DNA from: Amphiscolops sp. MND2022
Lineage: Eukaryota
Assembly (NCBI GenBank): GCA_964187785.1
Contig: OZ076409.1
Coordinates: forward strand, 34,660,001-34,724,000
DNA: 64,000 nt
Reading direction: 5' to 3'
The notes under the pieces are model-generated. The model was not told the DNA's origin, ran no database searches, and saw only the letters and a program-made list of their open reading frames with translations. A program made the position numbers and the translations under genes. Positions within the stretch are counted from its first letter, which is position 1, and each line of letters begins with the position of its first letter. Below, piece after piece: positions 25,447 through 37,057 of the stretch.

Positions 25447-26244
25447 ATGAGCCTACCATTCAATCTTGATGATTTACACACCCCATTAGTCAGTCCGAGC
25501 TATCTCTCGTCGGATGATCCTATGGAAATAGACTCAATTTCAGCTGCAGGATCTGACGACAGCGATATACAAGTAATCGCTTGTTACCGGGAACAGCCAG
25601 CTTTCTCAGAAACTTCAGCCGCAAGTAGACAAATGACGGTCGACACTACGAATTGCTTGGGGGGCGACACGTCGTCTTTGTGGCCGGAGGACGATTTTAT
25701 AGAGCAATTGTTACAAGCCGACTACGATTACTCAATTATGGGAGGGGGCCCTCCGGTTCGGAATGGTTCAGGCGGCTATGAGATCAGCCAATGTGCGGGA
25801 CTACCCCGTATTCCCGATTCGCCAATATCTCCCCCTTTACATGAAAGAGGACCTAACTACTCGGTAAATACACACCCGGGCCTAAATGTGACAAACGATT
25901 ACCGCGCCTATAATTCCCACATACAAGGCATTAGTATTAGAGTGTCAAACAAATGCGGGGAACCGAACCTTGCAAACTACGGGGACTGTGTGGTCTGCGG
26001 CAGGTCTTACGAACAAATCAAAGAAATGACCGCACTAACTTTCCTAGAATCGACGACTACCAGCTGTGAATCTTATACGGAGAGACAGAGAAGAAGAGAA
26101 GCATTCTTAGCTGGCATGGAAGCTGGGACAGTTCTTCTCGTTCCTAGGGGACTGTCGCAGGCTGCCGCCTGCGATGGAAACTACTATCAAATCCCGGAAG
26201 ACGGCAACAATACGAACCCGATGCCAGGAGTACTCCCTATTTAG
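25447..26244 (+). CDS. Accessory ORF3 (~265 aa), unknown function, CxxC motif; crosses the PPT position and ends inside the 3' LTR
   Basis: ATG at 25447 lies within track ORF 25396-26244 and is preceded by an acceptor-like TTCTTAAACAG. Contains DCVVCG. The last ~30 codons lie in the LTR (from 26153). Confidence 0.7.
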   Translation: MSLPFNLDDLHTPLVSPSYLSSDDPMEIDSISAAGSDDSDIQVIACYREQPAFSETSAASRQMTVDTTNCLGGDTSSLWPEDDFIEQLLQADYDYSIMGGGPPVRNGSGGYEISQCAGLPRIPDSPISPPLHERGPNYSVNTHPGLNVTNDYRAYNSHIQGISIRVSNKCGEPNLANYGDCVVCGRSYEQIKEMTALTFLESTTTSCESYTERQRRREAFLAGMEAGTVLLVPRGLSQAAACDGNYYQIPEDGNNTNPMPGVLPI

Positions 26245-27641
26245 CTGAGTGGACGCAACGTCTACGTAGCCTTAAAGAATTACCCCACTAATTATACAAA
26301 ACAGTCACTATTATGATTGATAGCATAAATTACATTTTGTGCTAATGTACTTGTGTTTAGAAGTATTTATGCGGATTAATACAATGTAAATGATTAGTAA
26401 ATTGATGCAAAGCTAAAGCAGTTAGATTAAAAGCAACTTGCAGTGATAAAGGAAACGCGTTCAAGTATGGCAGTGCTAAGGCCAACTAGACGCGCAGTCC
26501 GTACATGTATTGGCCAATAGTATTAGAGCGCACGTATATTTACTGTAGCTCGTTGGACGACCGGTCCACTGAAGTATTATATATTACTGACGTCACAGTG
26601 ACCAATTGCATTGCTGTATTATTAATATAGCTTGCTTCATTAAAAATGCATGTAATATGTATGATCATGTGCTAGTAGCCCCCTTTCCATTTCAACGAGT
26701 AATCACCGTCACAACCTACAGTCCTTGTCATGACGTCATGAAGTTTATAATTAGATAATGATGTAACTTAGGGTGCTACTATTTATAGTAACATGACTAG
26801 CAAAATAAGGCGTGTCATGCAGGTGAAACTATATAAAGAAGGAACTGTGGACTGGAGGGACCAGAATTTCTGATACTTCCAAACGATATACTTTGCGAAA
26901 TACCAGTACAACTGTGATTTGATATCTCTTACGCTTGTTCGGTTTTGTTCTGTTGATATTGATTTCTTCAATTCATTGTTAACTGCACTCAACTTTCAAT
27001 GCCTTCGACTCGTAAGCAAAAGGCGAAAGAGAGACGCTCAAGACAATTAGAAATGTTGTCTGATGTAGAAAATGTTGATATAATGTTAGGTAGTTATTCA
27101 AGAGAAGATGAAGATAATAACGCTAGTGAGAATGAAGCCAACTTGGACTCAGGGTCTAGCCGGCCACAGCAAAGTTCAAACACTTTAGGAGAAGACTTCA
27201 GGTCTTTATTTAATGCGAACAGCCGGGAAAATAGTGAAGTTACTATTGAAACTACTAGATTGATTAACGAGGAAATTTCCAATCAAATGTCAAGAAAACT
27301 GAATGAGATCAAGGATAGCTTGAATAACCAGATTCAGGACGCAATTAGTAGTGCAATTACCGAACAAATACTTCCTTCCATTCAAAACACGTTGCAAACT
27401 CAGGGGAAGGCGAAACGTAACACAATGGACCGGGGGTCCATTGAGCGACAGGAAAGAGTCAAGGTCACAGGTTCATTTATAAGGGACAAAAGGTCCGCTG
27501 AGCGACAACGGAACCCCGAAGTAGATAATAGCCAAAATATCTGGGAAAATCATCCAAGGAAGTGTTTCATGCAAGAAAATATTAGACAAATGTCCCGACA
27601 AGGTTCGATTGACTCAGGAGATATTGAACAAAACTACGACA
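26153..27641 (+). repeat. 3' LTR (1489 bp)
   Basis: Direct repeat of 11988-13476, followed by TSD CAACC. Confidence 0.97.
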
Positions 27642-27700
27642 CAACCAAAACGAAATTGAACAATCAACAACGTGGTAAACAAAACAGCATCACGGAATGA
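26999..27700 (+). other. LTR-encoded Gag N-terminus reading out into flanking DNA (chimeric 233-aa ORF)
   Basis: Nearly identical to Gag residues 1-214, then 19 flank-encoded residues before TGA. Confidence 0.85.
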
Positions 27701-28322
27701 TAACGTAACTAGAATAAGAACGGAAGACGACCGAAATACAAGGAATCAAAAGCAACGCTGTTGAACACACCACGTCACAAAATGTAAACTAAAATACAAA
27801 CTGAAACATTTTTTCACATGAATTGAATTACTGAATAAAACCCACTTGTAAAACAATTCATGTAAATCATTTCACTATCATCATCAAAACTAGATCAGTG
27901 CAATTAATTACCTCATTAAATGTTTTCATACCTATGAGCCAATTATGATTCATATAACGACAGTAGCATACATTACAGTGGCGCCGCTTATCAACGCAAT
28001 TGCACAATTAGCACTCAACATGCCCAATAACACCACAAAGTAGTGCAGTGTCATTGGATTAAGTTTACACGTGACGTGGGCGCGCGCACACACTCAAATT
28101 GCTTTGCCATAACGTAGAGTTGAACCCTACATTACTTTTTGTTTTTCACCTAACACTTCTAACTCACAAAAAATTCTCTCTTTAGTTCAACTTTCACAAT
28201 TCTACAATTCTCTTTTCGAAACCTTACTTATAGGAAGAATTCAGAACAGGAGTTCCCAGAGTGACAATGATAAATCGAGCCATCCACGTACCTTCCTTAA
28301 TTGAGTAAGCGAAAGAAGATAT

Positions 28323-28704
28323 TGTTACGACTATTCACCGGTGTAATTTTATGAGTAGTCGCAGTAGTTTTGGTTTTAATTGGAGTCGAGGTTGCATTTT
28401 TCGGAACGTTTTCGGACTCAGAGTCTGTTTCTTCGGTAGCTGTTATGACGGTTTGTTTTTAAGACGTAGGGGCTATTAGTTTTAACATTTCCTTTTGGTT
28501 TTCAGCCAAGATTTTAGCAAAATCAGACATTATCTCTTTCCTCAGCGAAGACTTGATTTCCTCTAGATTTTCAGTGAGTACTCTAGGAGATTTGCTCGTT
28601 CCCGCTACGGGGTTCAAGTTTTGGCTAGTCTCAGGTATCGGAGTCTCAATTTCAGTAGAAACTAATTCCTCAACAGCTTTTCTTTTCTGGCTTCTAGTAG
28701 TCAT
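28323..28704 (-). pseudogene. Gag N-terminus encoded inside the solo LTR (MTTRSQKRKAVEEL...TPVNSRN), one in-frame stop
   Basis: 127 codons from ATG at 28704 to the LTR end with a single TAA at 28461-28459. The basic N-terminus resembles MPSTRKQKAK of the large element. Confidence 0.7.
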
Positions 28705-29672
28705 TTTTAGAAGGAGAGAGAGGATGTTCTTTGGAAAACTCGAATTCTTCAAAGAAATATGGTTTTCAAAACGAAGTATTACCGTAGCAAATTAAGAAAA
28801 AGATTAACTTATTTTACAAATCCCTAAGTATATATTCCTTCACAGCATCATTTGTTCCTCACCAAAAATTCCTAGGAATCCCTAAAATCGGTTTTGTTCA
28901 TCAAAAATGCCTAATCAACCTTATTATTTCAACCCTTCTACTAATTGTTCACAATTTAAAATTCCTAGTCACGGCTCCCTTACGGAGTACTTGTTGAAAT
29001 CATTTTTGTTCAATAATATCATTTCCGGTTTGATCGTGGAAAAGGCGGCAAAATGAAAGTCTAGTTGAATTTTCATCGCGAAAAGCACGCAGGCGTGATC
29101 AATGATTCATCTCGAGGCTAGTGAAAATCGTCTGTTCGCGTTAAAAGAATGACAAGCAAAAATTGACTACGGAAATATCTCGGAGTGATTTTGGATTAAT
29201 GTGCTAAGGATATTTTGAAAAGAACAAATCATGCTAGAGAAATGATTAATACAGATCAAGAACTGAAATGGCAAATAATATATAGCACGGTATCATTCTG
29301 AGCTAATTTTACATGCATTGAAACAATTTTACATGTGTTGAAACATAATGGCTTGGCAAATACAGGTCAATAGATTATTTAGCCCAATAAACATAACATA
29401 GTAAATGTACAAAACACCTTTTTCCAAAATGAAGGAAAGCACCTTTCGTTCAATCATTTCCCTGGCCTTAACCTGTAGCACGATCATTTTGATTAGTTAT
29501 TAAAACGGGAATAATCCGGAAAGGTATTATTTTGGTGTTATGATATTTTAACCATTCCGTTTCGGTTCCGTATGGCATGAGGAATATCTTGATATGTTAA
29601 AACAATTTTGATCTTGCAACTTTTCCTTTAGTCGTTCTATACGTATTAACTTTAGCCATAACCTTGTCATTT

Positions 29673-29895
29673 TACAATTTGCTCCGTAAGCGCTCCGTAC
29701 GTATTAAGATTAGGTATAGTTTCATCGCTGTACAATTTGCTCCGTAAGCGCTCCGTACGTATTAAGATTAGGTATAATTTCGTCGCTTTACAATTTGCTC
29801 CGTAAGCGCTCCGTACGTATTAAGATTAGGTATAATTTCATCGCTTTACAATTTGCTCCGTAAGCTTTCTGTACGTATTAAGATTAGGTGTAATT
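29673..29895. repeat. 58-bp tandem repeat (~4 copies) within the solo LTR
   Basis: TACAATTTGCTCCGTAAGCGCTCCGTACGTATTAAGATTAGG... starts at 29673, 29731, 29789 and 29847. Confidence 0.95.
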
Positions 29896-30728
29896 GGCTA
29901 GCTGTCAGCGGAGCTAGAACGGAGTAAAAGGCCATTCTTAAATCATTCTTAGTGACGTCACTCGAATAATTCTCGTTCCCTTGAGCGCAACTATGCTAGC
30001 TTTATCTGTGACGCTATTGGTCCGTAAAATTAGAAATGCCAGTATTTTGCTTGTTTGAGCGACGCTGCCATTACGTTGCAAGAGCTTATTTAAATCACTT
30101 GATTGTAGTTCAAATAGGCTCTTGCAACCACTTCAGCCATCTGAAACAATTTTATTATAAAATCTTGCGTTCTTTTCATTTTAAATTGTATGAATTCCGT
30201 TGGGATTGCGGAATTTAAATACTGTTTTTGATGTTTTCATTTCAGTGTGGAAAAACAAAAATGATCCCAGAGTTAAGAATATTTTCATTTTGTTGTTTGG
30301 ATCCGTATGGACTTTTCAGCAGGCAAAACCGGAAGTAATAGAACGGTTACGCATGAAAACTTTATACCGGAAGTTCCGTTGTGTGTAAAAATCACTTTTG
30401 GATATTTTACGTATCGTTTCCGTTAGATTAAAATCGCTTTTGTTCTGATTAGTAGTTCGTACTACAGTTTAAGCAAAGGTAAGTATTCAGTCAAAGTTTT
30501 TACCTAATTTTGTGTGGTTCTGCCATGTCCTCGTCCTCTTGCAAATTTCGGTATTCCCCCGCAACAGGAAAAATCCCGACCGGGAGCGTGTCGTGACAGA
30601 TATCAATGCAGATTCCTTGCGTTTTCAGGAAACAGAACATAAAAGGCCGAGAACTGATCAGAGGTTTCTAGAAATTAAAAATCATATGAGGGAATTGATG
30701 GTGTTGTTCAAGACTCTTATCGAATAAG

Positions 30729-33107
30729 TGTTGTGTTTAACACATCTTTTTCTTCAGTTTAATATTATTAAAACATTTATATAAAATTATTTCATCGGAG
30801 CTAGAATAAAATTATTCATTTTCCGTAAATCATTTTTCGCATCCTTTCAATTTTAAAAGCACGCCTGAAAGAATTTTAGAAGTAAACAAATTCACAACTG
30901 CGCGTCACTTAAAAGAACAAATTCCCCTTTACAAAAGAGACGCTTGCCACTTGTGCATTTAATTCTCTTTTATTCTTTTGAAAAAGACAATATGCGACGC
31001 CACTTGTGCGAGCAATAATCTCTGAGAAGAGAACAATAGGCGCCACTTGTGCGGCCGGAGCTTCTCAATTTGAGAACAAAAGATTATTCAAGCGAGACCA
31101 AAAGTCCCCACTTAAGAGTCTAATTCCCCTGACATAAACAAAAAATTGCATCAGCCAACTCGGCTAGCCGAGTTAAATGACTAGCTGATGCAATCCTTGC
31201 CGACTTGTACTCGGCCGTGCCTGGTCCCGAAGTTAATCCCGAACAAGGACCGAGAATGTGACGTTATTTATTCGTATCCAATAAAATGCGCCGATCAATG
31301 CGATTGGTTGCACGTGCCTTTTGATTTGTATAAAAAGGCCAACATTTCTAAAGACGATTATACGCTTCTCACAGTTTTTCACCTCCCAAACAAAAGCAAA
31401 CCCGTCACTCTCTTCCTCTCAAAATAAACAAATCTTCAAAACTCCACTCACTTCACTTTTCAGGTAAGTTATTTTCTTTTGCTAAGAAAATAACAACAAA
31501 ATTCACAAATCAAAATTTCTTCCTTTTTGCTTTATTCTTGTCTTCGTGACAACAAATTCGCAGTCATTCGACTGAACAAAAAGTTAACCAACAAGGTTCT
31601 CCTATGCAATCATAGGGATTTCTATCTTGAGCTAAAGGCTCCAAATAAACCAGATTCTCGATTGAGACTTATTTTATCTCTAAAGTACGCGATCGCGTCA
31701 AGACCTAGCAAATGCTAGTTAAAGTTAATTTTTATCTTAACTTAAATTAAAATTAAAAACTAAAATGCATGTAATCTTTTAACTTACTTTAGCCGGACCT
31801 TAAGTTCGAGGTTTCTGACAATTCTGTACAAAAAGCAACTTAGCTATACGCTGGTTGAATAAGACCTTTACTTTACTTAGACTCGTAAGACTTCTTCAAA
31901 GTCTTGACGTTACACAATCTTGTCTCCTTTTGACTTAGCCACTGCTAGTCACAACATAAGTTAATCTCTTAAAGCACTGCACTGAACCTTATGTTCAAGC
32001 AGCCATTGGCAAGCCTGTCCAAATACAAAACCTAGCTAAACGCTGGTTAATAAGACCTTTACCTCACTTAGACTTGCAAGACTTCTTCAAAGTCTTGACG
32101 CTAGACAATCTTGTCTCCTTTTGACTTAGCCACTGCTAGTCACAACATAAGTTAAACTCTTAAAGCCTTGCACTGAACCTTATGTTCAAGCAGCCATTGG
32201 CAAGCCTGTCCAAACACAAAACCTAGCTAAACGCTGGTTAATAAGACCTTTACCTCACTTAGACTTGCAAGACTTCTTCAAAGTCTTGACGTTAGACAAT
32301 CGTGTCTCTTTTAGACTTAGCCACTGCTAGTCACAACATAAGTTAAACTCTTGAAGCACTGCACTGAATCTTATGTTCAAGCAGCCATTGGCAAGCCTGT
32401 CCAAACACAAAACCTAGCTAAACGCTGGTTAATAAGACCTTTACCTCACTTAGACTTGCAAGATTTCTTCAAAGTCTTGACGTTAGACAATCTTGTCTTC
32501 GACCTAGCTATTGCTGGTTATATAAGGTAAAACTTCACAATTTAAACTCTTCAGCTTTCTATAAGCTAGAACCTTTGACAAACCTGTCATACCGTTGTCA
32601 ACAGACTTAACTAATCTCACATTCTTGTTGAGAATACTAAGACATAAAAAAAGGTCTGAACAGACCAAAAATTCAATACTCCTCGTCCTAAAAAATTGTT
32701 GGACGTTATAGGACTCCGAAATTCCAGTTTTTACAGTACTCAAACAACTTACCTGAATATTGCTATATTAATACATTGACGTATTTATTTTTTGGTGAAT
32801 GTTAAACAATTCAGATATTATTGATTGGATATTTGTGACAATTTGGATGCTTATATTATTCTGTTTGTATTATATTCTTGCGTATTGTGTAAAAACGAAC
32901 ATTGTTGAATATAATACTCAAACTAATTCAAATTCTTTTCATAAAATTAAACTCTTCTCTCGAAACAAAGTCCTTCCTGCGAACTCGGAAGACCTAGAGA
33001 CAACTTTTGTAAAGGTTTAGGAAGGCATAGTCGCAAGCTAGCTCCTAAGCACAACTGAATAAGAATCGCAGAAAACTAATTTTCCTAAACCCACACGAAC
33101 CTTTACA
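30729..33107. mobile_element. Probable solo LTR (2379 bp) of another family
   Basis: TGT...ACA ends flanked by duplicated TAAG (30725-30728 and 33108-33111); internal TATA-like element (~31330), splice donor CAGGTAAGT (~31461) and tandem repeats. Confidence 0.6.
31841..32500. repeat. 191-bp tandem repeat (~3.5 copies)
   Basis: AAGACCTTTAC recurs at 31861, 32052, 32243 and 32434. Confidence 0.95.
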
Positions 33108-33839
33108 TAAGTTACTAACAGTAGATCAAACTCCGAACGTAATACCCCTGTACCAAGAGAAGGGAACGCACTCAGAGAGTTCTGACATCAAAAACGAAAA
33201 CACAGAGGCGAACACTTTTGGCTCAATTAGTTTTCAATATCTTGAGATCCTCTGAAGCATCAAGCCTTATGAATGGTTCGTTACAGGGATGGTAAAAATA
33301 ACAGCAAAACTGTTTCATGTTTTCAGTTAATAATTGCTATTCTCTAACTTCTACAAGAAAATCATTCTATTTTTGAGCTTCAAAAATAAATTATCAAAAT
33401 CATTTTATCTGAAAAAAAATATTTTCTGTTTCTCGTGAAGTACAATGTTAAAAATTACAACTTAAACTATGCTACACCATAACAGCTTTTTTGAAATGAT
33501 TTATCTACAAGGGCCATGTTCCACAACTGCCGATTGCCTTTCAAAAATAATCTGGTTTCCAATGCATTGGCGGAAGCCGACTTCTTGGCTTGACTAAACA
33601 GGCGTTCGACAATTATCTACTCCAACCTGTTATGAATGCTGCGAGCTTTTTCACTTCTTCAATTTGAATGCTGCGATTCGATTAGTTCAATAGGATTTGG
33701 ATAACCAGAATTCGCCTATTGGTTTCCATCTTTACCGCATTTGCACTTCCAAATATCTTGTTCAGTGCTTCTTGTGAAATAAAAATCAACAAATGCCCTG
33801 TTGATTGTATATATTGTGTGTATAATGAGTGGTTAACAA

Positions 33840-34622
33840 CTCATGTTGAGCTTTCCTTCAGAATCTGTAGAAATCTGTGAGCCTTTTTTCCTTGAGGATC
33901 TGTAAAGATCGTGCCACTGATACGTTAGGACAACTGCAGATCTGCCAGGATCTTTACAGATGTTCAAATATTTTCTGTACAGATTTTTCAGGAAATTTTT
34001 TCCGGAGTTCCTGGAAAACAATGTCTTGCATTTTTGGGCTTCTTCAAAAAGTATTTTAGCTGACCAAGGCTCAGTCAGTTAAAACTCTCCATCACTCAAA
34101 ATTCTTGAGCAGGAAAGTTTGTCCCCATCACGGTAATTTTGGTGTCTGGGGAATATTCGGTAATTAATTCCTTTCACTTGAACTTTCCCGAAGTGGTTGT
34201 TCAGCTTTAAGAGGCTCGTTTGCCATATTGACTTTGATTTGGCGGATGTAATGAGACATGTGACCACCGTCTGGGTTGGTAGAGGTGTTGATAAAATGAT
34301 GTGGTTGTAATATTTCGGGTACATGGTTTGCTGGATTAGTTTTTGTAATGGCTGAAAACTTGGAATACGTTATATTAATTTTTTGGTCATGGTTCATATT
34401 CGGAATTCATCCTGGAATATCTGTCAGGATCTGTACAGATTCACACTGAAACTTTTAAAAATTTTCCATCGAGAGACGTGTTTATCTCGTAGAGCACTTT
34501 TTAATCAACAAATATTTAAATTTCAAACTGTATTTACGACTGGTTAAATTTCTTCAAATCCTGGAATATCTGTCAGGATCTGTCAGGATCTGTACAGATT
34601 CGCCGGGAGTGCTCAACATGGG
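33840..34622. mobile_element. MITE / non-autonomous DNA transposon with short TIRs and subterminal GGATCTGT repeats
   Basis: CTCATGTTGAGC ... GCTCAACATGGG (11/12 inverted), with imperfect inverted similarity extending inward; possible 2-bp AA TSD. Confidence 0.65.
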
Positions 34623-34875
34623 AACTCAATACTCATCTGAAACAAGAAAACGTCAGCTAATCAGAGTCGAGTGACGTCACAGTTTTATTTCTGAGAAACG
34701 AGTATATTATTGAATTCATATAAAATGAATAATCCTTATTCCGATCATGTGGAATAAAATATTGATTTTTTTGAAAGCCAAAATAAGTTTATTGATGTTC
34801 TTCATTTTCAATAATTTTCCAACATCCTTGGTTGGTTATGTAACGAAAGATCAGTGAACGATCGATCTTTATAAA

Positions 34876-35060
34876 TTGGCGTTTTTGTCAAAACGCAGAC
34901 TATAATTTTGGCTTTTCTTCTTTCGAAGACTACCCGAACAGCGAGCGTTATTCTATATTTATTTCTTCACCTCCATTGAATTTATTTTGTTTCCACGTCG
35001 TTTGGCCTAGTGGATAGGGTGCGTGACCGAGGAGCAAGTTTTCGAATCCCGGGCTGAACT
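34876..35060 (+). mobile_element. Degenerate 5' fragment of the HINE-like repeat followed by a tRNA-like A/B-box segment
   Basis: AATTGGCGTTTTTGTCAAAACGCAGACTATA resembles 35140-35172; TGGCCTAGTGG...TTCGAATCC at ~35003-35050. Confidence 0.45.
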
Positions 35061-35134
35061 GATTTGTCTTGATTTCGCAAAGACCGAAAAAGACCGAAAG
35101 ATATACCTTGTTTATTTTCTTGGCACTATGCTGA

Positions 35135-35761
35135 TTTTCAGTCGGCGCTTTCCGTAGAAAACGCAGACTATAGCACTAGCTTTTCCAAAGCCCAACGACG
35201 TGACAGATTTTATAAGCTTCATATGCTCTTGCTTCCACTAACTGCCACACTAGACTTGTAACTTCTACTGCCACTTAGCATAGGGGTTAATCAGGATTTT
35301 TTGAGGTCTGCGAAACCGAAGGGCGTGGGTTCGAGACTCGCCCTTGACCAAAAGTTTTTGTGCATCTTATTTCGGCTTTGTAAGACTTTTTTGGCAAATT
35401 TTTTCAATGTCTCCAAAGGGTCTCCCTTCAATTTTTTGATATTTTGCAAGAAAATGGATGCTCAAAAAATCCCAAAGGGTCCTTTTTTACATTTTGCGGC
35501 ATTATGCGACTTACCGGAGACTTGAAAAAAATCGAAAAAAAAACCGGAAAACTTTTATCCTCAATTTTGTTTTTTGAGATGTTTAGTAGTCTCCAGTTGT
35601 GAAAAAAGGTTTTCGAGTCTTATGCGTACCCCTTGAGGTATAATTTCGCACTGTGAAATTGATGAAGTTTTTTTTAAAAAGTGTATTTTTGCATATGTAA
35701 AAACCGTTACTTTTGTGAATCTAGAGCGGGGTGCCAACTTGGGCCGTTCCTGGCTTGTTTT
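35135..35761 (+). mobile_element. Complete non-autonomous Helentron-associated (HINE/DINE-like) element
   Basis: 5' TTTTC-AGTCGGCGC...GCAGACT stem; 3' GGTGCCAACT-TGGGCCGTTCCTGGCTTG-TTTT; no TSD. Confidence 0.7.
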
Positions 35762-37057
35762 CATTTTGACAGCGGTGGTTTTCGGTTAAAAAACTGTCTT
35801 CATATGGGATTTTTGGCACTTTGTGTGTTTGAAAAAATTCAGAAATTAATTTTACCTTTCAAATCAAATTTTATTTTTCAATCAATTTACCTCGTAGCAC
35901 CAATATATGCTGAAACAATCGCATTCTAAAATAAATCTTTTGCGTAATTAACCATTTTGTATATTTCTCTGCTAATCAGGCGCTTTGGATGCCTCGGAAG
36001 CTGGACATGCCGTGTTTGGGCGGGTGAAGGAAACTGTATTTCAACCTAGTATTTCAACTGAGTTAAAAGTACCTGAGCAGACCTTTCTTATTTTTGATAG
36101 TAGAGTTGATTCAATTTGAGCAAACCTTGTTACTGTGAATGATTGACAAGATGCCAAGTGCGTTTTTGAACTATATAAGATATGCTGGTGATGAATGTTT
36201 CACAATTTGACACTTCGAGCAATTAAACGCATTCACTTTTAATTGAGGCACCAAGTACTAGAGAATCTACAAAAAATGTAGAACTAAAAATTTCGCAATT
36301 TTGACAACGTAAGCATTTGTTAATAGGATGTAAAAAGGTTTTCCAGGTTTCTATTATTCGCCCAATAGTCATTCAGAGCAACATCAGCGTCTAGGAGAAC
36401 ATCAGACAGATCTGGCAAGTGTTCACAACATAAATCAGAAAGCCATCCCCAAAACTTACTGTTTCATCATAGTTAATTTGAGAACGTGTTTCGCTTTTCG
36501 ATTGACAGCTCCCATCAGACTCACAATACGTTTCGAGACATATTTTGATGCTTTGCATACTCAGTTTTTTTTCATTCGAGTGACAAAAGTGAATTTACCG
36601 TTTTTGGCGGGTCACCTGGTACTAGTTGATCCGCAAAAAAAGTACCGATAAGAATTGCTGCAAATTTGGGAACGTAATAGTTTGTCAACAAGTAGTTACA
36701 TCAGCACATCGGTTTTGAAAAAAGTTTTGTATCAAGTTCCGACATCATATGGATTGAACCCCTTTGGGTCAGAAAAGTTGTTGAAACTGGAGCAAGCCCT
36801 GGGCTGAATTTTAGGCCCAGAGAACGCTTTCCCTGCAAGTTGCATGCACGAATTAGCCTTTCAACAAACTTAGCCGCCTTTCCTGAACAATTTGCTCGCT
36901 CCTGAAATTTAAATCTCCAGAGAGCTCAAAAACACAAAGAGATTCATTGGAGGGGAAAAGTATGAGACGTTGATAAAAGTTTAGATGCATTTCACGTTTT
37001 TACTTGTCAGAAAATGCTTCAATTAGAATCTTTTATATCATCATTACAGTCGTACGC

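Larger units (their letters stand above)
11988..27641 (+). mobile_element. Full-length, unusually large (15,654 bp) Ty3/Gypsy LTR retrotransposon with accessory genes
   Basis: Two 1489-bp LTRs (TGTCGCAG...CTACGACA), 5-bp TSD CAACC (11983-11987 and 27642-27646), TGG PBS-like site, gag with CCHC knuckles, pol domain order PR-RT-RH-IN. Confidence 0.97.
28323..30598 (-). mobile_element. Solo LTR (2276 bp) of a related family
   Basis: Termini TGTTACGA...TCGTGACA (7/8 inverted), 5-bp TSD GATAT (28318-28322 and 30599-30603), contains a gag-like N-terminus. Confidence 0.9.
11908..33187 (+). mobile_element. Possible older LTR, split by three later insertions (pieces 11908-11987, 27647-28322, 30604-30728, 33112-33187)
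   Basis: TGTCA...TGACA termini. Removing the TSD-bounded insertions joins a decayed gag-N-like frame (DINADSLRFQETEHKR...FLEIKNHMRELMVLFKTLIE). No matching TSD was found. Confidence 0.4.

Noticed and set aside
19854..26244. env gene in the extra region of the large element
   Set aside because: No signal peptide, fusion-protein pattern or TM anchor noticed; the main ORF is antisense and looks nuclear.
34995..35055. Functional tRNA gene
   Set aside because: The B box is degenerate, no complete cloverleaf could be built, and it sits in a repeat.
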